From Candidatus Babelota bacterium (lineage in GTDB: Bacteria > Babelota > Babeliae > Babelales > Vermiphilaceae), in contig JBDHVY010000001.1 in assembly GCA_039809905.1 (NCBI GenBank), positions 60,001 through 92,000 on the forward strand: DNA of 32,000 nucleotides, in the 5' to 3' direction. Position 1 is the first letter of the stretch, and the number at the start of each line of letters is the position of its first letter. The notes beneath the pieces were generated by a model. That model searched no databases, had not been told where the DNA came from, and worked only from the letters and a program-made list of their open reading frames with translations. The position numbers were made by a program, and so were the translations under genes. Shown here piece by piece: positions 18,831 to 26,044 of this stretch.

Positions 18831-19003
18831 ACGTTCGTATGGTTCGACCCTCTTTCGCTAAAGCTTCAGAGGGCAGGCAGTAATCCGATATAGCCTTGGC
18901 AAATCGAATTAGGACGAACATATTAAATAAATTAATTTACCCGTTCGTTCTGACGAGTCCTTCGTAGCTTTAGCGAAGTAGGAGCCTGTCGAAGGATACG
19001 AAC
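18831..19003. repeat. Composite GC-rich palindromic element (two sub-units, each bounded by gttcgt...acgaac), inserted in the leader of the glyQS 5' fragment
   Basis: Absent from the otherwise homologous leader at 26463-26495. Internal inverted repeats ccctct/agaggg, and tccttcgtagctttagcgaagtagga. GC-rich against an AT-rich background. Confidence 0.65.
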
Positions 19004-19018
19004 AAATAAAGGACCTTT

Positions 19019-19200
19019 ATGTCAGCACAAAGACCAACCTTAGACGATATCGTTGCACTCTGCAAAAGACGTGGTTTTGTATTCCAGTCATCAGAAATTT
19101 ATGGCGGCCTGAATGGGGTATATGATTTTGGTCCATTGAGCACCTTGCTTAAAAATAATATTAGAAACGCATGGTCAAAATCTATCAAATCTCCCGATAA
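19019..19200 (+). pseudogene. glyQS 5' fragment (codons 1-60), truncated at a rearrangement junction
   Basis: [60 protein letters not shown] is identical to the intact GlyRS N-terminus apart from one Ser/Gly difference. Homology stops abruptly at 19200. Confidence 0.9.
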
Positions 19201-19387
19201 TAAGAACCATCAGGATTTTTCATCAATTCAAGTAGTTTTAAATTAAGCATTGGTGCAATCATGCACATATCATTACTTTGTTGATGAAAAAAATATGTTG
19301 CTTCTTTTTTTGATCCATAGCAGGATCCATTGAATAGATATGAAAACAAAATGGTAATAATAAAAGTAATCCAATTATTTTTTTCAT
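19200..19387 (-). pseudogene. 5' fragment of a gene-X paralogue, truncated at the glyQS junction and out of frame with its own ATG
   Basis: 19200-19336 equals 17625-17761. It encodes ...[46 protein letters not shown]. The ATG at 19387 (MKKIIGLLLLLPF...) is in a different frame from the conserved part. Confidence 0.75.
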
Positions 19388-19472
19388 GATAACGTCTCAC
19401 CCTTCCCATAAGCTATTTATTTCAATTGCAAAAAAATAACTATTTTAAAGTAAACATTTTACAAAATTTAAA

Positions 19473-19540
19473 TATAATGAGGGTTTCTAAAATAAAATTA
19501 TAGGAAAAACACAAAGGTCCTACAGATTTATTTATCTGTA
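19473..19540 (+). promoter_or_regulatory. Candidate island promoter/operator: perfect -10 hexamer plus a 7-bp-arm inverted repeat just upstream of the RBS
   Basis: TATAAT at 19473-19478, with no good -35. Inverted repeat tacagat-ttattt-atctgta at 19521-19540, followed by AAGGAG and the ATG at 19558. Confidence 0.25.
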
Positions 19541-19557
19541 TATAAGGAGCTTATACC

Positions 19558-20055
19558 ATGTCAATGAATTTTATAATAATAAAAAATCTAAATAATTTTC
19601 AGCAAATAATAGAAAGCCCTATTTTTATAGGTTGCGATAAAGCTCGTCTAAATATGGAAATATCGACGAATATGTGGGCTATTTCAATAGCTCCTAAAAC
19701 ACTTAAAAATATATCTTTAGATTATTTATCTGAATTTGTAAAAAATCTTTTACACAAAAAGCTTCAACAAATATCACAATTAGCTATTTCTTGTCCTGTA
19801 ATTTTTTATATGTGGTTCGATGAAATGCCTTCTCAATTAAGATTTAATATAATATCGGAATCGCATAATCAACTCCCCTTTGCTTGTAAATTAAACATTA
19901 TAAATTTACCTGAGAAAATTTTAATAAATTTTTTAAAATCTCAACATAATCAAATAATTCCTTGGACCGATTTAATAGAAATCACAGATGATTCTGATGA
20001 AGTAGAAGAAATTCCTTTTATATTGGATGTATTTGTTATCCAATTAAACAAATGA
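19558..20055 (+). CDS. Putative immunity-type protein, family immA (copy 1)
   Basis: 165 aa with a strong RBS. Paralogue of 23813-24298 (shared NMW.IS, F.VK.L, IFY.WFD....LRFNII.E, LPF.CKL, acidic tail). Followed directly by a toxin-tail remnant. Confidence 0.7.
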   Translation: MSMNFIIIKNLNNFQQIIESPIFIGCDKARLNMEISTNMWAISIAPKTLKNISLDYLSEFVKNLLHKKLQQISQLAISCPVIFYMWFDEMPSQLRFNIISESHNQLPFACKLNIINLPEKILINFLKSQHNQIIPWTDLIEITDDSDEVEEIPFILDVFVIQLNK

Positions 20056-20059
20056 ATAG

Positions 20060-20131
20060 CGCATGGATTCTATAGATTCAAAAACTTTAAAACTTTATAA
20101 ACCTGCTGTTACTACAAGAATAGTAAAATAA
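20060..20131 (+). pseudogene. Orphan remnant of the toxin C-terminal tail
   Basis: Translates as (M)DSIDSKTLKLYKPAVTTRIVK*. Compare HIGSIDPKTLRIYKGPKHAKLKI* in the intact toxin and GSIDPKTLKFYKPAVAAKRIAK* at 24446-24514. Followed by taataattttaggagtcatc, the leader that precedes immB2 at 24513-24532. Confidence 0.7.
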
Positions 20132-20256
20132 TAATTTTAGGAGTCATCTTTTAAATATTATCTTTTTATAAATTAAAGTATTTTATTACTTGTTGAACAA
20201 TTGTATCCATTATATACTGAACCGAACTTTTATTTTTTTAACCACAAAGGTTTATC

Positions 20257-21480
20257 ATGATACAATTACACCGGTTTATTTTCTGCTTAACTTTCATCAG
20301 TAATACCTTGCATACACAAACAGCAGAGGAACAATATAATTCCCACAACCAACAAATCCCTGCGCTTAAAAAGCTTAGTCCCTCTAAAGAATCTAAAGAT
20401 CTTTTAAAACGGCTCGGTAAAGAACTTGCCATGTGTAAAGATATTCTAAGCTCTAATTTTTCTAATCTTTCTGAGCTTGATAACAATAATATTGCTGAAC
20501 CTGATTCTTCTGCATTTCATAATGATGACATTGCCGAATTAGAAATGGTATTTGAATCATCTCCCGAAGAAGCACAACACATTGTAAATTATCTCAAAAA
20601 TAATAATGCTTATAAAAAAAAACGCGGATATATTTTTTTTGTGGGAAAACCAGGAGTAGGAAAAACAACTATGGCAAAAGCTATAGCATATAAAATGTCA
20701 CTAGAAGGATGGGATTGCCGACATTTCACAAGCAGTGATTTTATAAAAAGCAATCGCAACCAAACAGCTACCTATCTGAAACAAAAATTGGAATCGGCTA
20801 CACTCTCTCCTAGACCAATTATAGTAATTATAGATGAAATTAATGGTTTATTAGAAAACACACATAGTGAAAATTATGATACAGATTCCACCTCAAAAGC
20901 ACTATGGAGTTTTCTTGATGAGCAGAAAGATAATCATCAATTCTTTTTAATTGGTACAGCCAATGATATTTCGAAACTACCGCAGGCTTTGCAAAATAGA
21001 ATATTGGGAAGAATAATTGAATTTCCCGAAATAACAAGCATGGAATCTAAAATTAAATCTTTACGTAGAAATCTAATAGAAGCAGGGTTGAAATTCGATA
21101 AAGAAATAACGGATGCCTTTTTAGAAAGTGAACTCAAAAAAATATCCGATCACTCTAATCGTAGCATAGATCGGCTTGCAGAAAGCATATATTTCAATCA
21201 TCAAGCAAATACTTCTCTGATGATTACAAAAGAAACTATTACAAAAAACATTCTGAAACGTATTCAAGAAGAGAAAACAATGGGTTATAACGTTAAAAAA
21301 GAAACCGATGCTGAAAGACAAGAACGGCACCACCAGGAAAATAAATCAGCACAAAACTCATATATTCTTAAACAGGCTGGTGTTCAAACTGCTGTTCATG
21401 TTGGTCTTACCTACGTCCTACCAGTAGTAATATCGGTCATTACCGGGGGAAAAACCCCTCCTACCCCGCCTATTCTATAA
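20257..21480 (+). CDS. AAA+ ATPase (classical AAA clade) with hydrophobic N-terminus and C-terminal TM helix plus Pro-rich tail
   Basis: Walker A FFVGKPGVGKTTMAKA. Walker B PIIVIIDEINGL. Sensor-1 LIGTAN. Arg-finger region ALQNRILGR. N-terminus MIQLHRFIFCLTFISNTLHT. C-terminus AVHVGLTYVLPVVISVITGGKTPPTPPIL. Confidence 0.85.
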   Translation: MIQLHRFIFCLTFISNTLHTQTAEEQYNSHNQQIPALKKLSPSKESKDLLKRLGKELAMCKDILSSNFSNLSELDNNNIAEPDSSAFHNDDIAELEMVFESSPEEAQHIVNYLKNNNAYKKKRGYIFFVGKPGVGKTTMAKAIAYKMSLEGWDCRHFTSSDFIKSNRNQTATYLKQKLESATLSPRPIIVIIDEINGLLENTHSENYDTDSTSKALWSFLDEQKDNHQFFLIGTANDISKLPQALQNRILGRIIEFPEITSMESKIKSLRRNLIEAGLKFDKEITDAFLESELKKISDHSNRSIDRLAESIYFNHQANTSLMITKETITKNILKRIQEEKTMGYNVKKETDAERQERHHQENKSAQNSYILKQAGVQTAVHVGLTYVLPVVISVITGGKTPPTPPIL

Positions 21481-21540
21481 ATATATGTATATATCATATC
21501 CAACCCTACGAAATATAAATTTATATCTCGAAAGAACTAT

Positions 21541-22905
21541 ATGAAACGTTTTTTCCTATTGTATTACCTCGCTTTATCAGTTATGCTTTGGCCTTCTGAT
21601 ATTACTTGTAATCCTTCCAAGCTTACAATAGCCGTTGCTCCGGTTACATCTTTGGGGTCTTTAATAATAATCAATCCCATTACTGCAATACTTGGTGCTG
21701 CAACACAACTTGCAACAATAGCCCAAAATGCACTTCAAAAATATATGGAGCAAAATTCGCCTCTAAGCCACAATATACCATTACCACCAGAGGTTATCCT
21801 GGCAGAACGCTCTTATTATGAACAAAGAATTGTTGCATTAGAAGCTCTTAAACAAGAATTTCTTTCTCTTAAAAAAGATTTAGAAGCTTTTAGGTTTCTT
21901 AAGGGTACTAATCAAACAACATTCACTTACGAGTTTTTAAACCACATTAATCAATTAGATCCTCATCACAAAGATCCATTACTGCACATTTCTCGTCAAC
22001 GCGAAAAGTATCTAACAGATAATCAGAAAGAAAATTTAAGACTTTTACGAGAAACTCAATTACAACGTATTGGACAAGAAATTACTTCTCTTCAAACTAG
22101 TCTTGTTGTTCATATTTATGTCCTTATGGAACAAGTATCTGTTGCTTACGATGAATACCACGTATTTCAAGAAAAAATAGAGGGAGATATTAAGCTATGG
22201 AACAAGAATATCAATAATATCACTTATAATACAGCACTGCAATTATACCGAACAGAGCTACAGCAAGCATATTTACTCAACAGTCTCAAACAAAAAGTTG
22301 ATGAACTGCAAATGATAGCTCATTACTATCGCAATAATGTGAATATCTCTTGCATAGAAAAAAGCACAAATATCATTCCTATTTTAGAAACACTTGACCC
22401 ATTAATAACTGACTTAAACCTATTCATTCCAAATCAAAAAACTGTTAACGATAATAACATTCGCATAACAGAACAGCATTTTATTGCCCAGGGCATTAAT
22501 ATACAGCAGATAAGAAATGATATTAAAAAGAATCTTGAACAAAATAGAAATAATCGCGCTAAACAAACTATTGCTCAAGCCAAAAACAAATTAGAAAATA
22601 TTGTTGTTGCCGGTGGACCAAGTAAAGACCCTAAAGATAATGATAGAAACAAAGAACGAATATTTAATGCAATTTCTAAAACAGAATTCTTTAAAAAAGT
22701 AGAAGAGCATTATGAATACTATAAAGACAATATCTATAAACGAAAAAGAGGAACTGATGGAATTGAAGATGCTGAATATCTTAAATGGGATAAGTTACAT
22801 AACGATGTTGAAGCATATGGAAAAAATAAATGTCACATTGGTTCTATAGATCCAAAAACGCTCCGTATATATAAGGGACCAAAACACGCTAAACTAAAAA
22901 TATGA
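21541..22905 (+). CDS. Secreted coiled-coil toxin with a colicin E3-like 16S rRNA endonuclease (cytotoxic) C-terminal domain
   Basis: Signal peptide MKRFFLLYYLALSVMLW, then a long Q/E/L-rich helical middle. The last 55 aa (22738-22902) are KRKRGTDGIEDAEYLKWDKLHNDVEAYGKNKCHIGSIDPKTLRIYKGPKHAKLKI. The colicin E3 tip, as I recall it, is KRKRWTGDKGRKIYEWDSQHGELEGYRASDGQHLGSFDPKTGNQLKGPDPKRNIKKYL. Same W-D-x-x-H-x-x-x-E spacing (D417, H420, E424). Confidence 0.85.
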   Translation: MKRFFLLYYLALSVMLWPSDITCNPSKLTIAVAPVTSLGSLIIINPITAILGAATQLATIAQNALQKYMEQNSPLSHNIPLPPEVILAERSYYEQRIVALEALKQEFLSLKKDLEAFRFLKGTNQTTFTYEFLNHINQLDPHHKDPLLHISRQREKYLTDNQKENLRLLRETQLQRIGQEITSLQTSLVVHIYVLMEQVSVAYDEYHVFQEKIEGDIKLWNKNINNITYNTALQLYRTELQQAYLLNSLKQKVDELQMIAHYYRNNVNISCIEKSTNIIPILETLDPLITDLNLFIPNQKTVNDNNIRITEQHFIAQGINIQQIRNDIKKNLEQNRNNRAKQTIAQAKNKLENIVVAGGPSKDPKDNDRNKERIFNAISKTEFFKKVEEHYEYYKDNIYKRKRGTDGIEDAEYLKWDKLHNDVEAYGKNKCHIGSIDPKTLRIYKGPKHAKLKI

Positions 22906-22929
22906 TTCATTATTAAGAAAGTAATATTT

Positions 22930-23220
22930 ATGTTCATTTGTTGTAATGCCTTAAAAGAAACAGTAGAAGATCTAAGAGTATACATTAGTTATGACGACAG
23001 ATATAGAGAATATTATATAGAGACAACAGATCCTGTTGTAATTTATGTAATCAAGTATTGTCCATGGTGCTCTAAAAAATTACCCGAAAATTTAACTGAT
23101 GAATGGTTCAAAGCTCTTGAAACAGAATATGGCCTGGATGATCCCGATAGCAAGGAACAACAAAATCTAGTTCCTAATGAATTTAAAACTGATGAATGGT
23201 GGAAAAAGCGTGGTTATTGA
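22930..23220 (+). CDS. Putative cognate immunity protein, family immB (copy 1): small Cys-rich (CC...CPWC) protein
   Basis: 96 aa, starting 24 nt after the toxin stop. Paralogues at 24536 and 26045. Conserved CC near the N-terminus, CPWC.KKLP, and a near-identical C-terminus DDPDSKEQQNL.PNEFKTDEWWKKRGY. Confidence 0.8.
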   Translation: MFICCNALKETVEDLRVYISYDDRYREYYIETTDPVVIYVIKYCPWCSKKLPENLTDEWFKALETEYGLDDPDSKEQQNLVPNEFKTDEWWKKRGY

Positions 23221-23736
23221 ATAATGAAATATTGCTGGCGAATAACAAAATATGATCCAGAAAAACGTAATTCTCAAGGATGGTTCCTTGAAGATACATG
23301 GATTTCTTATGGAGAGATTGGAGAGTCATATCAAGGAAAAATACTCACTTATGATGAGTATATACGAGTGGAAAACCTCTATATAAATGCAATAGTGGAA
23401 TTTATGAAATGCTTAGATATTTCACATCTACAAATTCAAGGATTAGAAAATCATGGTAGCGTAAATGAAGATCCATCTATTGACCAAGAAGAACGAGTAT
23501 TTGTTAATACATTGCAAGAAAATGATTTATTATCCTTAGAACAAATTAAAACGGCCTCAAAACTGATATTACGAAATTATTTTTGGTGTCAATTAATAAG
23601 CAAGCACAAAATGTTTGTCCACTTTGGTTATGATTATTATATGTATATAGGAAGTAGATCAGAATGCAAAGATACTCTACAAAAAATAAAAAATTCTGGA
23701 TTATTTGTTGAAGACTTTGAATCTCCTTATAGGTAA
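23140..23736. repeat. Cassette homology block, copy 1 (immB 3' end plus the whole of immC)
   Basis: High nucleotide identity by eye to 24752-25347. The last 83 bp (23654-23736 vs 25265-25347) differ at 1 position. The immB 5' halves upstream are strongly diverged. Confidence 0.8.
23224..23736 (+). CDS. Putative immunity/accessory protein, family immC (copy 1, intact)
   Basis: 170 aa. Start 4 nt after the immB1 stop (TGAATAATG). MKYCWRITKYDPEKRNSQGWFLEDTW... Paralogue at 24836. Confidence 0.75.
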   Translation: MKYCWRITKYDPEKRNSQGWFLEDTWISYGEIGESYQGKILTYDEYIRVENLYINAIVEFMKCLDISHLQIQGLENHGSVNEDPSIDQEERVFVNTLQENDLLSLEQIKTASKLILRNYFWCQLISKHKMFVHFGYDYYMYIGSRSECKDTLQKIKNSGLFVEDFESPYR

Positions 23737-23751
23737 GAAAAAGAATTAAAA

Positions 23752-23816
23752 AAATAATTTTTTATGAGTCATCAACTATGCATTCCTGTCAGTTAGAGGT
23801 AATTTTTATAACATGA
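23752..23816 (+). pseudogene. Remnant of an immB leader plus first codons (MHSCQLEVIFIT*)
   Basis: aaataatttttt-atgagtcatcaactatgcattcctgtcag matches the immB2 leader and start at 24510-24552 (aataattttaggagtcatcaactatgcattgctgtcaa). The ORF stops after 12 codons, overlapping the immA2 ATG. Confidence 0.6.
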
Positions 23817-24298
23817 ATATTATAGGCATATCTCATTTAGATCAGCTTGATTTTATTTTTAACGATCAATTGTATCTCTCAGGAAAACAAGAAGAAGAAA
23901 TCTATCATAATATGTGGTGCATTTCTCTAGAAAGAAATATTATAGAGAGTATTACTTTGGAGCAATTAAAATTTTTTGTAGATAAACTAATTAAAAACAG
24001 AGAACAGCAATTGAAAGGTATCTATTCTTCTAAAAATGCGATTTTTTATATATGGTTTGATAAACAAGCCTTACAATTAAGATTTAATATTATTACAGAG
24101 ATAACATTCTTGCCTTTTGGATGTAAACTTCAATTACTTACCGCTCCAGATTCTATTTTGACTAGTTTTATCTCTACTATCCGAGATATTGCTAATTATG
24201 GAGACCTTATTCAATTCAATGATGAACAAGATGTGCCAGATGAAGATGAAAACAAAGAACAATATGTTTTAAATGTTTTTGCTAAAAAATTAAATTAA
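23813..24298 (+). CDS. Putative immunity-type protein, family immA (copy 2)
   Basis: 161 aa, paralogue of 19558-20055. Followed in the same frame by an orphan toxin tip. Confidence 0.7.
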   Translation: MNIIGISHLDQLDFIFNDQLYLSGKQEEEIYHNMWCISLERNIIESITLEQLKFFVDKLIKNREQQLKGIYSSKNAIFYIWFDKQALQLRFNIITEITFLPFGCKLQLLTAPDSILTSFISTIRDIANYGDLIQFNDEQDVPDEDENKEQYVLNVFAKKLN

Positions 24299-24514
24299 AC
24301 ATTGATAGGATTTCCAATATCAGAATCACAACAAATATGCATCGGGATCAATGAGGGAAATACGAAAAATATATATGAATACACAACAGATAAATTACAT
24401 ATATTTGATGCGATTGAAGCATATGGCAAAAATAGGTGACATATGGGCTCGATAGATCCAAAAACTTTAAAATTTTATAAACCTGCTGTAGCTGCAAAAA
24501 GAATAGCAAAATAA
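24299..24514 (+). pseudogene. Orphan colicin-E3-like toxin tip with an internal stop
   Basis: My translation: TLIGFPISESQQICIGINEGNTKNIYEYTTDKLHIFDAIEAYGKNR*HMGSIDPKTLKFYKPAVAAKRIAK*. TGA at 24437-24439 sits where the intact toxin has Cys (TGT). No start codon or N-terminal region. Confidence 0.75.
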
Positions 24515-24535
24515 TAATTTTAGGAGTCATCAACT

Positions 24536-24832
24536 ATGCATTGCTGTCAATTAATGGCCGATTCTATCAATGATCAACGCATTCAAATTGGCTATGATCC
24601 AATAACTGGAGATTATTTTATACCTCTTCTTTATAAAGGAAAAACAACCGCATTACAATGTCTATATCTCTGCCCTTGGTGCGGTAAAAAATTACCCACT
24701 AGCCTCAACAATCTATGGTTCGAAATACTTGAAAAAGAATACAATCTCAATGATCCCGATAGTAAGGAACAACAAAATCTAATTCCTAATGAATTTAAAA
24801 CTGATGAATGGTGGAAAAAGCGTGGTTATTGA
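24536..24832 (+). CDS. Putative immunity protein, family immB (copy 2)
   Basis: 98 aa: MHCCQLMADS...CLYLCPWCGKKLP...DPDSKEQQNLIPNEFKTDEWWKKRGY. RBS AGGAG. Confidence 0.8.
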   Translation: MHCCQLMADSINDQRIQIGYDPITGDYFIPLLYKGKTTALQCLYLCPWCGKKLPTSLNNLWFEILEKEYNLNDPDSKEQQNLIPNEFKTDEWWKKRGY

Positions 24833-25347
24833 ATAATGAAATATTGCTGGCGAATAACAAAATATGATCCAAAAAAACGTAATTCCCAAGGATGGTTTCT
24901 TGAAGACACCTGGACCTCTTATTCAGATATTGGAGAGTCATATCAAGGTAAAAAAATTACTTATGATGAATATTCACAAGTGGAAAATCTCTATATAAAT
25001 GCAATAGTGGAATTTATGAAATGCTTAGATATTTCACACTTACAAGTTAAATACCTAGAGAACCATGGAAGTATAAATGAAGATCCATCGATTGAGAAGA
25101 CAGAAGTTATATTTGTTAATGCAATGAAAGAAAATGATTTGTTATCGTTGGAACAAGTTAGAATGGTATCAAGACTAATCTACGAGGATATTTTTGGTGT
25201 CAATTAATCAGCAAATATAAAATGTTCATTGATTTTGGTCATGACTATTATATGTTTATTGGTAGTAGATCAAAATGCAAAGATACTCTACAAAAAATAA
25301 AAAATTCTGGATTATTTGTTGAAGACTTTGAATCTCCTTATAGGTAA
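24752..25347. repeat. Cassette homology block, copy 2
   Basis: See 23140-23736. Confidence 0.8.
24836..25347 (+). pseudogene. immC copy 2, disrupted by a 1-nt deletion frameshift
   Basis: The ORF ends at 25207 (…RLIYEDIFGVN*). The next frame continues QLISKYKMFIDFGHDYYMFIGSRSKCKDTLQKIKNSGLFVEDFESPYR*, which matches the immC1 C-terminus. Comparing aaactgatattacga (copy 1) with agactaatctacga (copy 2) shows one base missing near 25178-25183. Confidence 0.75.
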
Positions 25348-25357
25348 ACTATTTTAA

Positions 25358-25945
25358 ATGAAAATATTGATAGTATTTCAAATTTCAGAATCACACCTAA
25401 TACACGTTGCAGTCACTCAGCAGGTGAAGACAAATATATATGGCTACAAAACACATGAATTGCATATATTTGATGAAATTGAAGCAAAATATATTCACAA
25501 CAACAAATCGATCATTTTAATTCGTGATAGTGCACAATATGTGATAGAAACATTTTGTAATTCTTTAGAAATGGCACTTAAGAATGAATTGATGTTAGAT
25601 CCATCCCTTGTTCCAGGAAAAATCGGATATTTTTTTAGTAAAGAAAAAGCTGATAATTTTGATGAAATAAAGGATGCGAAGAATATTTTTTCACAATATT
25701 GGGTATGGTCTTCTTTAGATAATGTACAAACATGGCTTTATAATGCAAATAATAAAATATATCTTGAAATAAGTCTCACTTATCCCTGGTTATTTTCAGA
25801 TCCAGAAGAAGGCGAAAATTATATTTCTTTCGATGAATACATGAGTAGCTATAAGCCCGTAGCTTTAATCGAATTGGAAAAATCACTTGTTTTGTCATGG
25901 ATAAATGAATGCCGTAGGCTGTTACAGAAAATGGAAACAGTTTAA
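25358..25945 (+). CDS. Chimeric ORF: N-terminal ~45 aa homologous to the toxin tip, fused to an unrelated ~150-aa domain ('immD')
   Basis: ILIVFQISESHLIHVAVTQQVKTNIYGYKTHELHIFDEIEAKY parallels the orphan tip at 24299 (LIGFPISESQQICIGINEGNTKNIYEYTTDKLHIFDAIEAYG). The remainder (…VWSSLDNVQTWLYNANNKIYLEISLTYPWLF…) has no counterpart elsewhere in the window. Confidence 0.55.
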   Translation: MKILIVFQISESHLIHVAVTQQVKTNIYGYKTHELHIFDEIEAKYIHNNKSIILIRDSAQYVIETFCNSLEMALKNELMLDPSLVPGKIGYFFSKEKADNFDEIKDAKNIFSQYWVWSSLDNVQTWLYNANNKIYLEISLTYPWLFSDPEEGENYISFDEYMSSYKPVALIELEKSLVLSWINECRRLLQKMETV

Positions 25946-25961
25946 TTAATAATATCCCAAT

Positions 25962-26044
25962 CACATTGGATCAATCAATGCTCAAACGTTAAAATTATAC
26001 AAGCCAGAAAACTTCCCGGAAAGTAACAAAGAAAGTAACAAAAA
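25962..26044 (+). pseudogene. Orphan toxin-tail remnant (the other half of the tip split by 'immD')
   Basis: Translates as HIGSINAQTLKLYKPENFPESNKESNKK, cf. HIGSIDPKTLRIYKGPKH. Different frame from 25358-25945. Runs into the immB3 start. Confidence 0.6.

Larger units (their letters stand above)
18762..19200. repeat. Left direct repeat: glyQS promoter region plus first 60 codons, interrupted by a GC-rich insertion
   Basis: 18762-18802 matches 26422-26462. 19019-19200 matches 26496-26677 with a single mismatch (A19139 vs G26616). Confidence 0.9.

Noticed and set aside
18803-19018. T-box riboswitch leader upstream of the glyQS fragment
   Set aside because: glyQS is T-box regulated in Firmicutes. 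Here, though, the element lacks the conserved T-box sequence (AAUUAGGGUGGUACCGCG-like) and a specifier-loop layout. It is absent from the functional glyQS copy and belongs to a dispersed GC-rich repeat family.
20238-21333. Minus-strand ORFs overlapping the AAA+ gene (20238-20486, 20840-21037, 20937-21137, 21121-21333)
   Set aside because: They are antisense to a CDS with complete Walker A/B motifs. There is no RBS or motif support.
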